From: Bacilli bacterium
Lineage (GTDB): Bacteria > Bacillota_I > Bacilli_A > RFN20 > CAG-826
Direction: 5' to 3'
Assembly: GCA_024409055.1 (NCBI GenBank)
Contig: JAKSUL010000006.1
Span: 1 to 63,610, forward strand
DNA: 63,610 bases
Positions 48,394-57,921 of this stretch are shown here, piece by piece. A program made the position numbers and the translations under genes. A model generated the notes under the pieces. It ran no database searches. It was not told the DNA's origin and was given only the letters and a program-made list of their open reading frames with translations. The stretch's first letter is position 1. Every line of letters starts with the position of its first letter.

Positions 48394-50346
48394 ATGAAAA
48401 AGAAAACTAAATTCTTAGCCGTTGCCTCATTCCTTCTCACCATCTGTTTGACCGGCTGCAACACCCAGCAAACCTCGGTTCCGGATGAGCCCAAAAAAGA
48501 ACTAAAAGTCCCGGCTGTCCACGATGTTAAGATCGTCGATCGCCCCGACCGCACTTTCACATACCAAGACGGCTCCACTAGGAAAACCGATTACAAAATC
48601 ATCTATAACAACACGAATTCCTTCATCGGAAAATGTGCTTCGTTCCTCTCGAAACAGTTTTACGCTGCATCTGGCGCCGAATTCCTTTGCCAAACCGAGA
48701 GCGAATACTTTAAAAGCGGCGGTGCCGTTACCGCGACTTCCCGCTTAATCATCCTTGGCTGCGAAGACCTTTTCTCCAACGCCAAACTCGTCATGCCTGA
48801 AAAAGTCAACAAGACTTCTGGCTACTACATTAAAAACGTCAGGCACAATTACTACATTGAGGCTTATGACTCATATGGGTATCAAGAGGCCACGCTCGCC
48901 TTTGCTAGGTACACGGTTGATTACGATATGATCGAAGAGGACACCATCGTCTTCGAAAACAAGAACATCGACACTCTTCCGGATATGGAAGTCGCCGAGA
49001 TCCCAGATTACATCGGAAACACCCCAACAAATAACTTCACGGCCGAGAAGAGATTCGGTATTGGTTTCGACATGACTTATCCGTTCATGATGACATCAAG
49101 GCCGGATGGCGCCAAAGGAAGAAACTGGCACAACATCTTCGACTTCATCCCGGAATCGATGTTTGGAAACGAACATCCTTATTGGTATTCAAAAGGCGCC
49201 AAAACCCAGGCTTGCTATAGTACTAGGGGAGACGCGAACGAATATAAAGCTTTGGTCGACCAGGTCGCCAAAGTCGCTATTCAAAGTCTTAAGGACAACC
49301 CGACTCAGAACATCATGAACATCACCAGCAACGACATCGGTGATGCTTGCGGATGTGAAGAATGCTTAAGGCTTAAGGAACAGGACGGTGCCTCTTCAGG
49401 ACAGGTCATTCGTTTTATGAACGACGTCAATAAGATCGTTAGGGAAGAAATGAAGAAGGCCAACCGTAACTACTTCCTCTTGTTCTTCGCTTATCTTGGA
49501 TACCAGACCGCTCCGACCGTCGAGGTTTCGGTTGATCCGACCCTCATGTGCGACGACGAGATAATGGTCTGCATTGCCCCTCTCCACGCCAAATACACCG
49601 AAACTTTCTATGACTCCGTTAACGAAATCTATGCTCAGCAGTTCGTCAACTGGGGCAAATACAACAAGAACATCGTCGCTTGGCTTTACGAGACCAACTA
49701 TCACCATTACATGTATCCGTATAACACCTACTCCACGATGATGGATAACTACCGTTATTGCAGGGAAAACGGTGCGATCTTGATCTTAAACGAAGGACAA
49801 AGGTTCTCTGCTAACGTCCCGTGTTTCGGGCACTTGAAAGAATACCTTTGCTCCAAGGCTCAATTTGACATCTACAGCAACTTCAACACCTACAGCGATA
49901 AGTTCTTCAGGAACTATTACCTCGATGCATCTTCGATCATGAGGGAATATTTCGAAGAGATGATCGCTTGGGAAACTAGACTTGAAAACGATCCTGAGAC
50001 CGGATTAGGCGGTGGCGTCTATGAAGAAATCGGATCCAAAGCCTCCTACTGGCCGAAGCAGCTCCTTCTTAACTGGCTCGGCAAGATGGATGATGCCGCT
50101 AAAGCGGTTGCTAAATATGAGGCCATTGATTCCTCTTTATACAAGAGACTTATCAAGCACATCAACATCGAAAGGCTTTTCCCGATGTTCTGCTTGGCCG
50201 ATAAGCATGCCAACACATATACCGACGCCGGCATCTTGTCTTTAAGGAAAGAATTCAAGGCTCTTGCCGATGAACTTGGTTTGATCGAATTCGCCGAACA
50301 CGATGGCGATATTTCCATCAAATACAAAGAATGGGGCATCGATTAA
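48394..50346 (+). CDS. DUF4838-like lipoprotein (putative glycoside hydrolase, GH20/GH67 N-domain-like start)
   Basis: Start ATG 48394 after AGGAGG; lipobox LTGC; HPYWYS..QACYS, NDIGDACGCEEC, FFAY..YQTAP, YLCSKAQFD. Confidence 0.65.
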   Translation: MKKKTKFLAVASFLLTICLTGCNTQQTSVPDEPKKELKVPAVHDVKIVDRPDRTFTYQDGSTRKTDYKIIYNNTNSFIGKCASFLSKQFYAASGAEFLCQTESEYFKSGGAVTATSRLIILGCEDLFSNAKLVMPEKVNKTSGYYIKNVRHNYYIEAYDSYGYQEATLAFARYTVDYDMIEEDTIVFENKNIDTLPDMEVAEIPDYIGNTPTNNFTAEKRFGIGFDMTYPFMMTSRPDGAKGRNWHNIFDFIPESMFGNEHPYWYSKGAKTQACYSTRGDANEYKALVDQVAKVAIQSLKDNPTQNIMNITSNDIGDACGCEECLRLKEQDGASSGQVIRFMNDVNKIVREEMKKANRNYFLLFFAYLGYQTAPTVEVSVDPTLMCDDEIMVCIAPLHAKYTETFYDSVNEIYAQQFVNWGKYNKNIVAWLYETNYHHYMYPYNTYSTMMDNYRYCRENGAILILNEGQRFSANVPCFGHLKEYLCSKAQFDIYSNFNTYSDKFFRNYYLDASSIMREYFEEMIAWETRLENDPETGLGGGVYEEIGSKASYWPKQLLLNWLGKMDDAAKAVAKYEAIDSSLYKRLIKHINIERLFPMFCLADKHANTYTDAGILSLRKEFKALADELGLIEFAEHDGDISIKYKEWGID

Positions 50347-50359
50347 GGAGAGAAATATC

Positions 50360-52291
50360 ATGAAAAAGAAATCATTAGCTATTATCTCTCTTCTCCCTTT
50401 CCTCGCTGGATGCGGTGGAGCCGGTGGGATCATCGATCCTATTCCGTATTCCGATCCAGGACCGGAAACCAAAACCGATCTTGTGTTCTTGGGTTTTTCG
50501 GATTCGAAACAATATTCTCCGTCTGACGAAATCACGTTCCAAGTGAGTGTTGATAACACCACGATCGTTACATACGACGTCGTTTCAAAAACTTTCGTTA
50601 GCGGAACTAAGGCCGGCACAACAACCGCCCACTTCGTTTCTCCGAAATTAAGCGTTGAGGTCACCGTTACCGTTCAAGATGACGGAACTGCACCGTTATT
50701 TACTTTGGATGAGTCGGCGATCAGCCTCGATTTAGGCAACACATACGCGGTTAACGCCTCCTTATCTTTTAGAGGCGTCGATAGCTTCTCTTTATCAAGC
50801 GGGCTTAGCTACCGCAGGGTTGGAGAAGATGAAGAAAACACCACAATCTCCGTTGAGGGAAAAACTATCACCATACAGGCCAACACCGTCGGGAGCGATA
50901 CATACACCATCTTCACCGAATATGCCGGCTTGATTCTTTCAAAGAACTTGACCGTCACCGTCTTAGATAACCAAGCTTTCGTCGTAATAGGCGAAAGATT
51001 GGGATTTGACGATGATGGAGCGGTATATGACGTTTCGATGTATCAATACGATTCCAACAGGATCAACCTCAGGAAAGATCTCTCGGTTTCAAAGGGCTCC
51101 AATATCGTTTCTTATAGTGACTTATCGATCACCTTGGATAGCGAAGACGTTGTCTCCCTTGTTGGAGATGAGCTAGTTGTTCATAAATCCGGACTTGCCA
51201 ATTTGACGGTTCGTTATGGCGAAGAAAGCAAGAACATCAAAGTCAATGTCTTTAAACCCATCATCGAGCACAAACCGATGAGCATCGCCGACGAAAGATT
51301 TGCTTTAAACCTTAGTTTAGAGGTGTCCGGATCCACCCGCAAATACACCGGAAGCACAAGCGTCACAAAAACCTTTGCGATTGAAAAAGGCTCACACGTC
51401 TTTAGCGGAGCCGATAGTGTTTCGGTTGGCGGAAAGATTGTTAAGAACACAGTCGATACCCCAATCACCTATAGTGGTGGTCAGGTTACTTTAACGGCCG
51501 CTTCGTTCGATATCGGATGTGCTGGAGAAAAAGAGGTCGCCTTGGTCATGGAAGCCAACGATTATCTTGTCGAATACACGTTCGATATGTTCTTCATCAC
51601 GAAAGAGCTTTCTACAAAATCCGATTGCGACACCTATCTAACCATGCGTACGGCCTCTGATGCCATCTATGGCTATTACGCCTTGGCCAGTGACGTCGAT
51701 TATTTCAACTACGCTCCGGCACAAGATTATATTTCTGGAGCCGCTAATAGCTATCTCGGTTTCAGGGGCACTCTTGACGGAAGAAAACCCGACGGCAGTG
51801 GTAACTTCAAAATCAAGAATTTGAAGGCCAGCATCTACGGCATCTGTATCACTATCGGTGATGGCGGAACGTTTAAGAACATCGACTTCGACAACGTTGT
51901 CTTGAATAACGCCAAAAAGACCTCGTTGTTAGCCTCCTTCGTCTTCGGAGGAAACTTCTCCAACATCAACGTCAATATCAGCGATGATTCTGATGTAAGC
52001 AGCCACGGACCGGATAACGATCCATGCGCCAGCGGCATTTTATCCTGCCAGAAGATCCAAGATTCTTATTTCGAAGACTTCACGATCAATGCCCAGAAAC
52101 ACGTTATCAAGTCGCTTGTTGGAAAAACCGCTTCTAACAACACCTTCTCTAACACCGTCATCAACTGCATCGATATCTATTATTACTGCACCGGAACTCA
52201 GTATGATTCTTCGACCTTGGAACCGACTGGCGGTATTCTCTTCTCGAAGCAAAACATTCCGGGAATCACCATCAATAGAGCTGCGAAATAG
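50360..52291 (+). CDS. Lipoprotein with Ig-like domains and one GYYxL..FxGxxDG repeat domain
   Basis: Start reassigned to ATG 50360 (RBS AAGGAG); lipobox LAGC; GYYALASDV..FRGTLDGR; ends GITINR like the 32616 repeats. Confidence 0.78.
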   Translation: MKKKSLAIISLLPFLAGCGGAGGIIDPIPYSDPGPETKTDLVFLGFSDSKQYSPSDEITFQVSVDNTTIVTYDVVSKTFVSGTKAGTTTAHFVSPKLSVEVTVTVQDDGTAPLFTLDESAISLDLGNTYAVNASLSFRGVDSFSLSSGLSYRRVGEDEENTTISVEGKTITIQANTVGSDTYTIFTEYAGLILSKNLTVTVLDNQAFVVIGERLGFDDDGAVYDVSMYQYDSNRINLRKDLSVSKGSNIVSYSDLSITLDSEDVVSLVGDELVVHKSGLANLTVRYGEESKNIKVNVFKPIIEHKPMSIADERFALNLSLEVSGSTRKYTGSTSVTKTFAIEKGSHVFSGADSVSVGGKIVKNTVDTPITYSGGQVTLTAASFDIGCAGEKEVALVMEANDYLVEYTFDMFFITKELSTKSDCDTYLTMRTASDAIYGYYALASDVDYFNYAPAQDYISGAANSYLGFRGTLDGRKPDGSGNFKIKNLKASIYGICITIGDGGTFKNIDFDNVVLNNAKKTSLLASFVFGGNFSNINVNISDDSDVSSHGPDNDPCASGILSCQKIQDSYFEDFTINAQKHVIKSLVGKTASNNTFSNTVINCIDIYYYCTGTQYDSSTLEPTGGILFSKQNIPGITINRAAK

Positions 52292-52293
52292 TT

Positions 52294-53964
52294 ATGTACG
52301 ACGATTGTTTGGCGTTATTAAAACAATACGCCGATTCATTGTTAGAAACGCAAATCAAAGAAAAGAACCCCGCTTTTAAAGGCGGGTTTCTTTGCCCTTC
52401 GTGCAAAAATATCCACGGAAGAAGCATAGACGCTATCTACGGGCTATCCGTCGCCTATAAATTTTTCAAAGACGAAAAATACCTGAATGGTATCTTCGAT
52501 TTGTTTTCTTATTCTAAAAATCTTCTTTGCACTGACGGGGGTCTATATAACGACCTTCAAACGGAATGGAGATTCACTACCACCTTCCATGAGATTGCCT
52601 TGGCGGAGACCCTTCTATCCATGAAGGGCGTTTTGCCTCAATCTCTTTTGGACACCATCATGACGAGGATTGATATCCACGCCAGATGGCTATACAAAGA
52701 ATTGAATGAGAATAGTAGGGCAAACATCAATTATTGCACCACGAACGGTTTGGCTCTTCTTCTGGCTGGCAAAGTGCTTGGAAAAGAAGAATATATCGCC
52801 CAATCTAAGCATCTTGTTGATTATGCGTTAGATCACATCTCTACTAACGGTCTTTTCTATGGCGAATGCCAACCTCATAACTCGGTTACTGAAAAAGGGT
52901 GCCTTGGCGTAGATATTGGCTATAACTTGGAGGAGTCTTTGCCGGCTTTAGCGAAATATGCCTACATCAGCAAAGACGAAAAGATTTTTGATAAGGTCCT
53001 TAAGCTGGGGCTGGGTCATCTTCCGTTTATTCTTCCAGATGGGGCTATCGACAATTCGCTTGGCTGCCGAAACTACAAATGGACTTATTATGGAAGCAGG
53101 ACGTGTGACGGAATTATCCCGTTGTGTCTTGTTTTGGGAAATAAAGATCGCCGTTTTATCGAAGCTACAAAAAGAAACGTTTCCTTAATTGCGGAATGTT
53201 CTCCTGACGGTCTCCTTTACGGAGGCGTTAATTATAAGGAGCACGGAGAATATCCGTGCCTTCACCATACGTTTGAGCACATAAACGCGGTCGCTTTCGC
53301 CGTCGATAACTTCTCCAAAGAATATTTGGACGGTGAAAAAGTTTCTTTGCCTTCTGATTTGGAATTCGACTCCTTCATCGAGGAGATGAACTCGTATCGT
53401 TTATCTAACGGAAGATACATTCTTTCCGTGTCCGATTACGATATGAACATCCCTTATTCCGGACATTTGAGCGGTGGAACCATTACCCTTCTATTCGACA
53501 AAAAAGCCAATAAGCCGATAATCGTTGGAAGCGTTGGCGATTATCAATTAACGGAATCAACCAACATGCAGGTTCCTCTCGATAGAGAAAGCCACTTGCC
53601 TGGTTATCCAAGAATCGATACAAGGGTCGGCAACAAATATTATTCGACCGGATATTACCAACATTCGACAATCAAAAAAGATGGTTTGGATTTCTCCTTT
53701 ATAAGCAAACTATCGACTAGAGACAAAGAAGAACTCCCTGAGAATTACAGCGTCTCATATTCCTTAAAGGAAACCGGCCTTTTGATTAAAATAAAAGGAG
53801 AAGGAACGTTTATTTATAAACTTCCTCTTATTAGTGGCGAACTAATAGTGAAGAAAGGAAAAGAGACTGAAACGCTAAATACGTTCTTCCTAACCCCTGG
53901 CTTCATCATGAAAGAACACCATATAAGCAGCGAAAATGGCGAAATAGAAATCGAGGTCAAATAA
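52294..53964 (+). CDS. Uncharacterised cytoplasmic protein, probably alpha/alpha-barrel plus beta domain
   Basis: Long ORF coupled to both neighbours; helical repeats; motifs LCPSCKNIHGR, DIGYNLEESL, YKWTYYGSRTCDG, PCLHHTF. Confidence 0.7.
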   Translation: MYDDCLALLKQYADSLLETQIKEKNPAFKGGFLCPSCKNIHGRSIDAIYGLSVAYKFFKDEKYLNGIFDLFSYSKNLLCTDGGLYNDLQTEWRFTTTFHEIALAETLLSMKGVLPQSLLDTIMTRIDIHARWLYKELNENSRANINYCTTNGLALLLAGKVLGKEEYIAQSKHLVDYALDHISTNGLFYGECQPHNSVTEKGCLGVDIGYNLEESLPALAKYAYISKDEKIFDKVLKLGLGHLPFILPDGAIDNSLGCRNYKWTYYGSRTCDGIIPLCLVLGNKDRRFIEATKRNVSLIAECSPDGLLYGGVNYKEHGEYPCLHHTFEHINAVAFAVDNFSKEYLDGEKVSLPSDLEFDSFIEEMNSYRLSNGRYILSVSDYDMNIPYSGHLSGGTITLLFDKKANKPIIVGSVGDYQLTESTNMQVPLDRESHLPGYPRIDTRVGNKYYSTGYYQHSTIKKDGLDFSFISKLSTRDKEELPENYSVSYSLKETGLLIKIKGEGTFIYKLPLISGELIVKKGKETETLNTFFLTPGFIMKEHHISSENGEIEIEVK

Positions 53965-53966
53965 CG

Positions 53967-56216
53967 ATGATAAAAGTTGAAAACGGTTATTTCAAAATCG
54001 ACACCCCAAATACGACCTATTTATTTAAGGTTAATCCTTTGGGAATACTTGAACACATCTATTACGGAAAAAAGATCCCATCTTCAAAAGATTATTCCTT
54101 TATTGAAGAACAAGCCAAATATGGTGGTGGAACATTAACCGGCGACAACGAATACGCCATATACGAAGATTGCGCTTCTTTGGAGGCCTCTTCTAGTAAA
54201 AGAGGTGACAGCAGAGAAACGTTCCTCAATCTTTCTTTCGATTCGAATGACCGCGAATTTGTTCTTAAATACAAAGCCTATCGCATTTCTAATGGCGTTA
54301 ACCTTGATACGCTTCCCTCTAGTCACGACAAAGCCCAAACCTTGTCCGTTATTTTAGAAGATGAGAATCGCGGCATTGAAGTTACGTTAAATTATTCTGT
54401 TTTCGAGGATACCGACGTCATCGTTAGAAATTCATCAATTAAAAACGTCGGCAAATCACTAATAAAAATCGAAAGGATCATGTCTTCTTCTTTCGATATG
54501 ATCGACGGCGATTTCACTTTGGTCACCTTAAATGGTGCGTGGGCTAAGGAAAGACAAATCAACGAAGCTCCATTAGCGATGGGCATAACAAAAGTGTCTT
54601 CTAACTACGGCTTTAGCAGTGCCCAGACAAACCCATTCACGATTCTTAAAAAGAAAGAGACAACCTTTGTTGGCGGGGAAGCCTATGGCTTCAATCTGCT
54701 TTATTCCGGCAACCACATGACGACTTATGAAAGAACCATGTACCATAAGGTCAGAGTCATGGCCGGAATTAATGATTACTCATTCTCTTGGACTCTTAAT
54801 CCAAACGCGGTCTTCGAAGCCCCAGAGGCTACTCTTTGCTACTCTTATCAAGGCATAAATAAGTTGAGCCACGAGTATCATCAATTTGTTAGAAACCACA
54901 TCATCAGAAGTGAATTCAAGGACAAAGAAAAGCCGATCCTTATCAATAACTGGGAAGGCACCTATTTCAATTTCACCGAAGAGTCTTTGCTTGGAATTGC
55001 TAAAAAAGCCAAAGAAGTCGGCATTGAGATGCTTGTCTTGGATGATGGATGGTTTGGGAAAAGAAACAGCGATTCAACGTCACTAGGAGACTGGTATCCA
55101 AACCTCGAAAAACTTCCAGAAGGAATCAAGGGCTTAAGCGAGAAGGTTCATTCTCTTGGATTGAAATTCGGATTATGGTTTGAGCCGGAAATGATCTCCC
55201 CAGATAGCGATTTGTATCGTAGCCATCCGGAATGGGCGATTAAACACAAGTCATACGTGCCCCTTCTTTCAAGAAACCAATTGGTTCTAGATTTAACGAA
55301 TGAAGAGGTTGTCAAATACATCGGAGACGTTGTGTCTTCTTTGATTAAGGATGCGAAACTCGACTACGTTAAGTGGGACTGCAATAGAAATATAGGCGAC
55401 TACTATAACGAGAACCTCGATAACCAGGAAGAATTCCTCCATAGATATATGCTTGGCTTCTACAAGCTGGTTAAACACGTGACCGAAGAGTGCCCGAATG
55501 TTTTGTTTGAGAGCTGCTCCGCTGGTGGCAATAGGGCCGACTTAGGCTTGCTTTGCTACATGCCCCAATTCTGGTGCAGCGATAACAGCGACCAAGTTTC
55601 AAGAATGATGATTCAAGAGGGGACACTACTTTGCTACCCCCAGTGCTGCATCGGAGCCCATGTGTCTTCATCCTTGTCTCACCAAACCTTGCGCACCGCA
55701 ACATACGACAACAAGTTCAATGTCGCCTGCATCGGAGCGTTTGGATACGAACTCGATTTGACCAAACTCAACGAAAGAGAACTTCAAGCGATCAAAGATC
55801 AAATCACATGGTTTAAGAAGCACAGGAAGCTTCTTCAGCTTGGCGATTTCTATCAGATCAAATCCTTCTATACCGATAACACCCAGGAATTTGTAATAGT
55901 TTCCTCCGATAAGAGCGAGGCTATGTACTTTGTAGGCAATAAGGTTTTCATGCCATATGCTTGCCCGACTATCATCAAGCCGATTGAACTAAATAACGAA
56001 TACGTATATGAAGTTTCTTCAAGGGCCCAATATCAAAATGCCCTTCTTGGAAAAGGCGAAATGTGCGAAAGTAGCGAATGGACCATTTTGGGTGAGACAT
56101 TCATGAACGCCGGTATAAGACTTCCTTATGAATGGCTCAGCGGAAACGGACCGGAAAAGCGAATTATGGAAGACTTCGGCTCACGCCTTTATTACATTGA
56201 AAAGAAAGAAGCCTAA
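53967..56216 (+). CDS. GH36 alpha-galactosidase
   Basis: NNWEGTYFNF, VLDDGWFGKR, FGLWFEPEMIS, YVKWDCNR, FESCSAGGNR, WCSDNSD, FGYELDL. Confidence 0.93.
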   Translation: MIKVENGYFKIDTPNTTYLFKVNPLGILEHIYYGKKIPSSKDYSFIEEQAKYGGGTLTGDNEYAIYEDCASLEASSSKRGDSRETFLNLSFDSNDREFVLKYKAYRISNGVNLDTLPSSHDKAQTLSVILEDENRGIEVTLNYSVFEDTDVIVRNSSIKNVGKSLIKIERIMSSSFDMIDGDFTLVTLNGAWAKERQINEAPLAMGITKVSSNYGFSSAQTNPFTILKKKETTFVGGEAYGFNLLYSGNHMTTYERTMYHKVRVMAGINDYSFSWTLNPNAVFEAPEATLCYSYQGINKLSHEYHQFVRNHIIRSEFKDKEKPILINNWEGTYFNFTEESLLGIAKKAKEVGIEMLVLDDGWFGKRNSDSTSLGDWYPNLEKLPEGIKGLSEKVHSLGLKFGLWFEPEMISPDSDLYRSHPEWAIKHKSYVPLLSRNQLVLDLTNEEVVKYIGDVVSSLIKDAKLDYVKWDCNRNIGDYYNENLDNQEEFLHRYMLGFYKLVKHVTEECPNVLFESCSAGGNRADLGLLCYMPQFWCSDNSDQVSRMMIQEGTLLCYPQCCIGAHVSSSLSHQTLRTATYDNKFNVACIGAFGYELDLTKLNERELQAIKDQITWFKKHRKLLQLGDFYQIKSFYTDNTQEFVIVSSDKSEAMYFVGNKVFMPYACPTIIKPIELNNEYVYEVSSRAQYQNALLGKGEMCESSEWTILGETFMNAGIRLPYEWLSGNGPEKRIMEDFGSRLYYIEKKEA

Positions 56217-56977
56217 TGCCGAACGTTACTTTCAAAAACGTTACAATCTTCTATGGAAAAAGAAGAAATAGACAAGACGTTGTAGAAGATTTAAACGTCT
56301 CTTTTAAAAGCGGCAAAACAAATGTCCTCTTGGGCGCTTCTGGAAGTGGCAAGACCACTATCCTTAAATCGCTTGTTGAGATGGTTGATTACGATGGAGA
56401 CATATTTTTCGATGATGTCGACATCAAAAACATCGTCATAAACAAAAGAAACATCAGCTATTCTTCGCAAAACATCAATCTCTACCCTCATATGACGATA
56501 TTTGAAAATATCGCCTTTCCTTTGAAGATAAGAAAATATCCTAGAGACGAGATATTAAAAAGAACTAGGGCTATGGCCGAAAAGCTTGGGATCGCTGTTT
56601 GCCTAAATCAACGCGGCAGATATCTTTCCATCGGACAGCAGCAAAGGGCAATGATAGCGAGGGAGTTGGTTTACGATCCAAAGATTTTATTGATGGATGA
56701 GCCTTTTTCTTCGCTCGACCCCACCCTAAGAAAAGAAATGTGCAAATTAGTGAAGTCACTTCAAAAAGAACTAGGCGTCACCGTTATTTATGTAACTCAC
56801 TCTTATGACGAAGCGATAAATTTGGCTGACGAGCTTTTCATTCTCGAAGAGGGGAAAGTGGTCGCTAGTGGAACTCCGAAAAAACTTATCGCCGACAACA
56901 ATGAATATCTCGAGATGATGTATAAGAGCGAATATATCTCGGCAGGTGAAATCCATGAGAAAGAGAAAGACGATTAG
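56216..56977 (+). CDS. Short ABC transporter ATP-binding protein (no TOBE domain; LSIGQ signature)
   Basis: Walker A GASGSGKT, Walker B LLMDEPFSSLD, H-loop YVTHS; paralog of 12500. Confidence 0.88.
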   Translation: MPNVTFKNVTIFYGKRRNRQDVVEDLNVSFKSGKTNVLLGASGSGKTTILKSLVEMVDYDGDIFFDDVDIKNIVINKRNISYSSQNINLYPHMTIFENIAFPLKIRKYPRDEILKRTRAMAEKLGIAVCLNQRGRYLSIGQQQRAMIARELVYDPKILLMDEPFSSLDPTLRKEMCKLVKSLQKELGVTVIYVTHSYDEAINLADELFILEEGKVVASGTPKKLIADNNEYLEMMYKSEYISAGEIHEKEKDD

Positions 56978-57848
56978 TTCTCCGAAAGATTTTACTGTCG
57001 CCGAACTCCCGCAGACGAGGAAGGATCAGTTTTTTAACATCTTCAAAAACCAGTACATGACCCTTTTAAAATCTGGTTTTATCCTACTTCTATTTTTCCT
57101 TCCGATTTTAGTTTTAGATATTTTTAGAAATTTATTCGACGCTGGATTTTATTCTCAGTTTGTCGATGGCGCTTTGACTGAAAACGAATATAACTTTTCG
57201 ATATTTGTCGATTTCATGATTCAGAGTGGGGCCGAATTCCTTTTGCTGCCGCTTTTGGCCGTTCCTCTTTCCGGACTAAACAACGTCTTCAAAACGATGG
57301 TGGAAGGCGATTGCGTGCTATTTGGCCCCGACTTCAAAGAAGGAGTTAAGGGAAGTTACAAAATTACCTTAGTCATCCTTCTTGTTTTTGGAATCTTCTT
57401 CCTTTTGCTTAGGTTCCTCGTCAATTACTTTATCGGCGTGTATTTCATCGTCATCCCTGTCTACTCGTTCTTCATCCTTTTCATAATACCCCTCACCATT
57501 ATCTGCCTTCTTTTCTCAACATATTATCAAGGCAACTATTTCAATGTTTTGAGCAACTCAACGAAGCTATATTCGCCGTATTGGTGGAAGTATCTTCTTG
57601 CTTCGGTGCTTCTCTTCGGATTTGTCTTTGGAGTGAATTTTGGCTTTGATGGAAATATGCTCCCGTATTTCAAAACCATTCTTTTGGGTGCCGTCATAAT
57701 ATTCGTTTTGCCTATCGGGATGCTTTTGCTTCACTCAATATCGATTTCTTTGTTCGACAAATACATCAATGGTGAGTTCTATCCTGATAACCAATACAAA
57801 GGTTTGTATAACCCGAAAATTCAAAAAAAGGAAAAAGATATCAAATAA
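56955..57848 (+). CDS. Multi-pass membrane protein, YesL/DUF624-like
   Basis: Start ATG 56955; about 6 TM helices; shares DF..LPQTR..QF, DFK.GVK and C-terminal GLY motif with the 13246 protein. Confidence 0.65.
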   Translation: MRKRKTISSPKDFTVAELPQTRKDQFFNIFKNQYMTLLKSGFILLLFFLPILVLDIFRNLFDAGFYSQFVDGALTENEYNFSIFVDFMIQSGAEFLLLPLLAVPLSGLNNVFKTMVEGDCVLFGPDFKEGVKGSYKITLVILLVFGIFFLLLRFLVNYFIGVYFIVIPVYSFFILFIIPLTIICLLFSTYYQGNYFNVLSNSTKLYSPYWWKYLLASVLLFGFVFGVNFGFDGNMLPYFKTILLGAVIIFVLPIGMLLLHSISISLFDKYINGEFYPDNQYKGLYNPKIQKKEKDIK

Positions 57849-57889
57849 TACTTATGCGAGGGAACTTATCTATAAGTTAAAACCGATAA

Positions 57890-57898
57890 TGCTATAAT
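57890..57898 (+). promoter_or_regulatory. Extended -10 promoter element for the second long ATPase
   Basis: TGCTATAAT matches TGnTATAAT exactly, 23 nt upstream of ATG 57922, followed by a GGAG RBS. Confidence 0.55.
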
Positions 57899-57921
57899 CG
57901 AAAGGATTTTGGAGAAACAAT

